Below are positions 51,339-55,119 of a stretch of DNA of 55,119 nt, one piece after another; the first letter of the stretch is position 1, and every line of letters starts with the position of its first letter. The stretch is from a bacterium (GTDB taxonomy: Bacteria; Chrysiogenota; Deferribacteres; Deferribacterales; Flexistipitaceae). The stretch is taken from assembly GCA_041694215.1 (NCBI GenBank), contig JASMTO010000047.1, positions 1 through 55,119 on the forward strand, read 5' to 3'. Position numbers and translations under genes: made by a program. Below the pieces are notes generated by a model. The model saw only the letters and a list, made by a program, of their open reading frames with translations, ran no database searches and was not told the DNA's origin.

Positions 51339-54300
51339 ATGACAGAGAACAATGATGCTCGTAATAAGGACTTTTTCCTTGTTGGTGTAGGTGCATCAGC
51401 AGGTGGATTGGAAGCGCTGGAAAAATTTTTTAGTAATATCCCCGATAAAACTGGTATGGCTTATGTCGTTATACAGCACCTGTCTCCGGATTATAAAAGC
51501 ATGATGATGGAACTTCTCAGTAAGTTTACCAATATGCGTCTAAAGCGTATCGAAGATTCTATGGATGTTGAGCCTGATACTGTTTATCTTATACCTCCTA
51601 AAAAAAATGTTGAATTGAATAAAGGCAAATTCAAACTTTTGGACAGACCAGATGTTCATTCGTTAAATCTACCTATAGACATATTTTTTAAATCTCTGGC
51701 ATACGAATACGGTGAAAGGAGTATTGGGATTGTTTTATCCGGTACAGGTACGGATGGGACACTTGGTATACGTGCCATAAAAGAATATGGTGGGCTTGCA
51801 ATAGTTCAGGAGCCGGAAACAGCGAAATTTGACGGAATGCCCAGAAGTGCTTTGAGCACAGGAATTGCCGATTATGTATTATCACCGGAAGATATTTCGT
51901 ATCAGGTTATGAAGTATATAAAGCATCCTGTTATTGCTAAATCGGTGGATGAGCTCCCCTCTCCTGTTAAATCGGAAGATCATATGGCAAAGATTTATCA
52001 ACTGTTAAAAAACCGTTTTGGTCTTGACTTTACATATTATAAAAAAAGCACGATATACAGACGTGTAGAACGCAGACTTGGCATTAAACAGTTTTCGGAT
52101 TTGGAAGATTATGTTGAATTTCTTAAAAATAATCCCGGTGAAATGGATAGCTTATATAAAGAGTTGCTTATTGGTGTGACGAAATTTTTCAGAGATTATG
52201 AGGCTTATGAATTTTTAAAGCAAAATGTGGTTCCCGAAATAATACGCAGCAAATCAAAATTTGGTGAAAAGGAAATAAGGTGCTGGATTCCCGGCTGTTC
52301 GACTGGGGAAGAGGCTTTTTCGATGGCGATAATTTTTCTGGAACAACTGGAAGCTGAAGGTGTAAATTATGATTTGAAAATTTTTGCAACAGATATAGAT
52401 AAAGAAGCTTTGGACTATGCTAGTAATGGGTTTTATCCTGAAAGTATTGTTGCGGACATAAGTTCAGAGCGTTTGATGAAATATTTTGTAAAAGAGGGGG
52501 ATTATTATAAAATTAATGACAAAATTCGTAAAAAAGTCATTTTTGCCAAACACAACCTCATTCAGGACCCTTCCTTCAATAAAATAGATTTGGTATCCTG
52601 CAGAAATTTGTTGATTTACTTTCAACCTGTTTTGCAAAAACGGGTACTTTCATATATGTACTTTGCATTAAAAAAATCCGGGTATCTTTTTCTCGGTAGT
52701 AGCGAAACAGTGGGTGATATGGATCATCTTTTCAGAAATATTCACAATAAGTGGAAAATTTTCCAGAAAATAGGGGAAACCAATCGTCTTGTCTTAAACG
52801 ATTTACATCCTGGGATAGGCGATAAAGGTATGAAAGAGCATGGCGAAATTGATTTATCTGGTTCAGTGATGGGGGTGAGTAAGGGCGAGGACATAATTGA
52901 ATCGGCCAAGGAATCTGTTATTAGGAATAATCTGCCGCCTACAGTTGTAGTGGATGAGCACTACAATCTTTATTATGTCCTGAATGATGCCGACAAGTTC
53001 ATAAGATTTCCCCGCGGTAAAGCTCAATTTAATATTTTGCACCTTGTCCCCAAATCACTTTCTACATTGTTAAGTACGCTTATAAACAAAGCTCAAAAGG
53101 AACAGAAGAGGGCGGTGTACAAAAATATAGCAATGGATGACGGTACGTATATAGATTTAAAAGTGGAGCCTAGTGAAACTGAAAAAACAGGGCGTAAATA
53201 TTTCCTTGTAATTTTTGAGGAATCCAGAGTTAAAACTTACGATTTTTCAGGTGGGGATGAAGTCCATTATTCAGATGATTTAAAACAGAGAATTAAGGAT
53301 CTGGAGCAGGAGCTTAACTATACAAAAGAAAACCTCCAGGCCACAATTGAGGAGCTGGAAACGTCCAATGAAGAACTTCAGGCTACCAATGAAGAATTAC
53401 TTTCTTCCAATGAGGAGCTGCAAAGTACTAATGAAGAGCTCCAATCTGTTAATGAAGAGCTTATTACCGTTAATGCTGAATATCAGAACAAAATAGAAGA
53501 ACTGACGGAGCTGAACAACGATGTGAATAATTTGCTTGCAGCAACAGAAATAGGAACAGTTTTTCTGGATAGTTCCCTTTGTGTACGCAAATATACTCCA
53601 GCTGTTTCCAATAATATTTTTCTTATTGAAAGCGATATCGGGCGTCCAATAAAACACATTTCTCATAACTTCAAAGATATTAATCTTTATAATCTGTCTC
53701 AGCATGTTTTTCAGCAGAATGAAACTATTGAAAGGGAAGTACACACGAAAGATGGTAAAACGTGCATTTTGCGGATATTGCCGTACCGAATATCCGAAAA
53801 ACAGATCAAGGGTGTTGTGATCACGTTGATGGATGTTACTGAATTGAGTGAAGCAAATAAACAACTGCGAATGATATCGCAGGCAATAGACATGAGTCCT
53901 TCTGCTGTGGTAATTACCGATGCAAACGGTAATATTGAATATGTAAATCATTCTTTTGAAAATATTACAGGCTATTCTTTTAACGACGTATATGGGAAAT
54001 CCACAAATATTCTTAAATCCGGCAAACACTCAAAAAATTTTTATGATGAGTTATGGGATACTATATTTCACGGTAATGTGTGGAAAGGTAAGTTTATCAA
54101 TAAAAAGAAAAATGGTGAATTATATGCAGAGGATGCTGTTATTGTGCCGGGCAAAGATGAGAGCGGAAACATTGTAAAATTTGTAAAATTAGCCAATGAC
54201 ACAACTACCCAGAAGGAATATCTGGAGGAATTGAGCAAAATAACGTTATTTATGGAAAAACTTGGAGAACCTGTTTTTGTAATAAACTCAGATGCCAGAT

Positions 54301-54557
54301 TCTCTTTTGTTAATGAATCTATGCAGAAATTTACAGGTTACGATAAAGATGAGTTGATGAAAAAAACTATATATGATTTATGCCCTTCACTTAGTAATGC
54401 TATGTGGGAGCAGATAAGGTCAGATGTAAAAGAAAAAAAGGTTATTAGCCGGAGCATTAAAATACGTAAATCGGACGGAAGTGATGTAACACATAATGTC
54501 AGGCTTATTAATACGGAAACGGTTGATGACCATTATATTTATTCAATAATAAACTGA
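51339..54557 (+). CDS. CheB methylesterase / CheR methyltransferase fusion with coiled coil and PAS domains
   Basis: GASAGG, IQHL, LSGTGTDG; IGVT.FFRD, GCSTGEEA, ATDID, CRNLLIY; NEEL heptads; C-terminal PAS repeats. Confidence 0.93.
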   Translation: MTENNDARNKDFFLVGVGASAGGLEALEKFFSNIPDKTGMAYVVIQHLSPDYKSMMMELLSKFTNMRLKRIEDSMDVEPDTVYLIPPKKNVELNKGKFKLLDRPDVHSLNLPIDIFFKSLAYEYGERSIGIVLSGTGTDGTLGIRAIKEYGGLAIVQEPETAKFDGMPRSALSTGIADYVLSPEDISYQVMKYIKHPVIAKSVDELPSPVKSEDHMAKIYQLLKNRFGLDFTYYKKSTIYRRVERRLGIKQFSDLEDYVEFLKNNPGEMDSLYKELLIGVTKFFRDYEAYEFLKQNVVPEIIRSKSKFGEKEIRCWIPGCSTGEEAFSMAIIFLEQLEAEGVNYDLKIFATDIDKEALDYASNGFYPESIVADISSERLMKYFVKEGDYYKINDKIRKKVIFAKHNLIQDPSFNKIDLVSCRNLLIYFQPVLQKRVLSYMYFALKKSGYLFLGSSETVGDMDHLFRNIHNKWKIFQKIGETNRLVLNDLHPGIGDKGMKEHGEIDLSGSVMGVSKGEDIIESAKESVIRNNLPPTVVVDEHYNLYYVLNDADKFIRFPRGKAQFNILHLVPKSLSTLLSTLINKAQKEQKRAVYKNIAMDDGTYIDLKVEPSETEKTGRKYFLVIFEESRVKTYDFSGGDEVHYSDDLKQRIKDLEQELNYTKENLQATIEELETSNEELQATNEELLSSNEELQSTNEELQSVNEELITVNAEYQNKIEELTELNNDVNNLLAATEIGTVFLDSSLCVRKYTPAVSNNIFLIESDIGRPIKHISHNFKDINLYNLSQHVFQQNETIEREVHTKDGKTCILRILPYRISEKQIKGVVITLMDVTELSEANKQLRMISQAIDMSPSAVVITDANGNIEYVNHSFENITGYSFNDVYGKSTNILKSGKHSKNFYDELWDTIFHGNVWKGKFINKKKNGELYAEDAVIVPGKDESGNIVKFVKLANDTTTQKEYLEELSKITLFMEKLGEPVFVINSDARFSFVNESMQKFTGYDKDELMKKTIYDLCPSLSNAMWEQIRSDVKEKKVISRSIKIRKSDGSDVTHNVRLINTETVDDHYIYSIIN

Positions 54558-54579
54558 AACTAAGAAAAGGAATTTAGAA

Positions 54580-55119
54580 ATGGAAGACAGAGATCTTGTT
54601 TTTAAAAAGCTTAGAAACAGGGCTGAAGAAAAGCTTGAGAAAATGGGCGTGGATGTAAATGAACTAAATTTCAAAGATATGGACGAGCTTGTTCACGATC
54701 TTTCTGTATACCAGGTGGAGCTGGAAATCCAGAACGAGGAACTGAAGAATTCCCAGGTTCAGCTGCAGGAATTAAAAGACAGATATTTTAAGCTTTTTGA
54801 TAAAGCCTCCGTTGGTTTTGTGATACTGGATAAGGATATGAGTATTAATGATGTCAATAATACATTTGTTGAAATTATTAAATATGATAAGAGTGATTTG
54901 ATCAATGCTCATATTTCTGTTTTTTTGGATAGGGACAGTTTTGTGGCATTTTCTAAAGTTTTCACTGATACACTGAAGAACAAAAAAACAAATGAAATAA
55001 GCTTCCAGTTTAAAAACGGCAATGGTGAAATTAAAAAGGTTGATGCCACTTTTTCTTACATTACACTGTATAGGAGTGAACAACCCTGTGTTTTGATTAC
55101 ATTAAAAGATGTTACCGAA
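54580..55119 (+). CDS. PAS-domain sensor protein, N-terminal part (runs off the window)
   Basis: Open frame MEDRDLVFKKLRNRAEE...LVHDLSVYQVELEIQNEEL...DRYFKLFDKASVG...ITLKDVTE, typical of the partner gene after CheB/CheR fusions. Confidence 0.8.
   Translation, partial: MEDRDLVFKKLRNRAEEKLEKMGVDVNELNFKDMDELVHDLSVYQVELEIQNEELKNSQVQLQELKDRYFKLFDKASVGFVILDKDMSINDVNNTFVEIIKYDKSDLINAHISVFLDRDSFVAFSKVFTDTLKNKKTNEISFQFKNGNGEIKKVDATFSYITLYRSEQPCVLITLKDVTE

Noticed and set aside
53349-53475. 21-nt quasi-repeats (AATGAAGA...)
   Set aside because: They encode the NEEL heptad coiled coil standard in CheB/CheR fusions.

Overview
AT-rich bacterial chromosome segment. The gene complement (Kdo/Lpt LPS genes, cdaA-cdaR-glmM, rpoN-hprK-rapZ with a Man-family PTS, futalosine pathway) suggests a Gram-negative anaerobe, plausibly Deferribacterales-like; that assignment is inference. 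Most of the window is housekeeping. In order it holds a PpiC foldase, a Liv ABC operon, split proline catabolism genes (pruA/putB), a ~28.5 kb run of 31 tightly packed + strand genes (MshEN-PilT-like gene to ptsI), tRNA-Ile2(CAT)-Nif3-zinc ribbon-RNase HI, metF, mqnB, an EAL protein, a Ni/peptide ABC system, a CheB/CheR-PAS fusion and a truncated PAS sensor. Four observations stand out. (1) An AAA-ATPase/PD-(D/E)xK nuclease gene sits in the opposite orientation, bracketed by two inverted 30-bp REP-like hairpins that differ only by one compensatory base pair, and carries its own apparently leaderless promoter; it looks like a self-contained cassette with no transposase. (2) A ~106-bp double-cloverleaf element interrupts an AGTGTTA heptamer array and shares a TTACC foot with those hairpins. 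(3) An MshEN domain is fused to a catalytically degenerate PilT-like ATPase. (4) A single in-frame TAA splits PTS enzyme I close to the EIN/EIC boundary.
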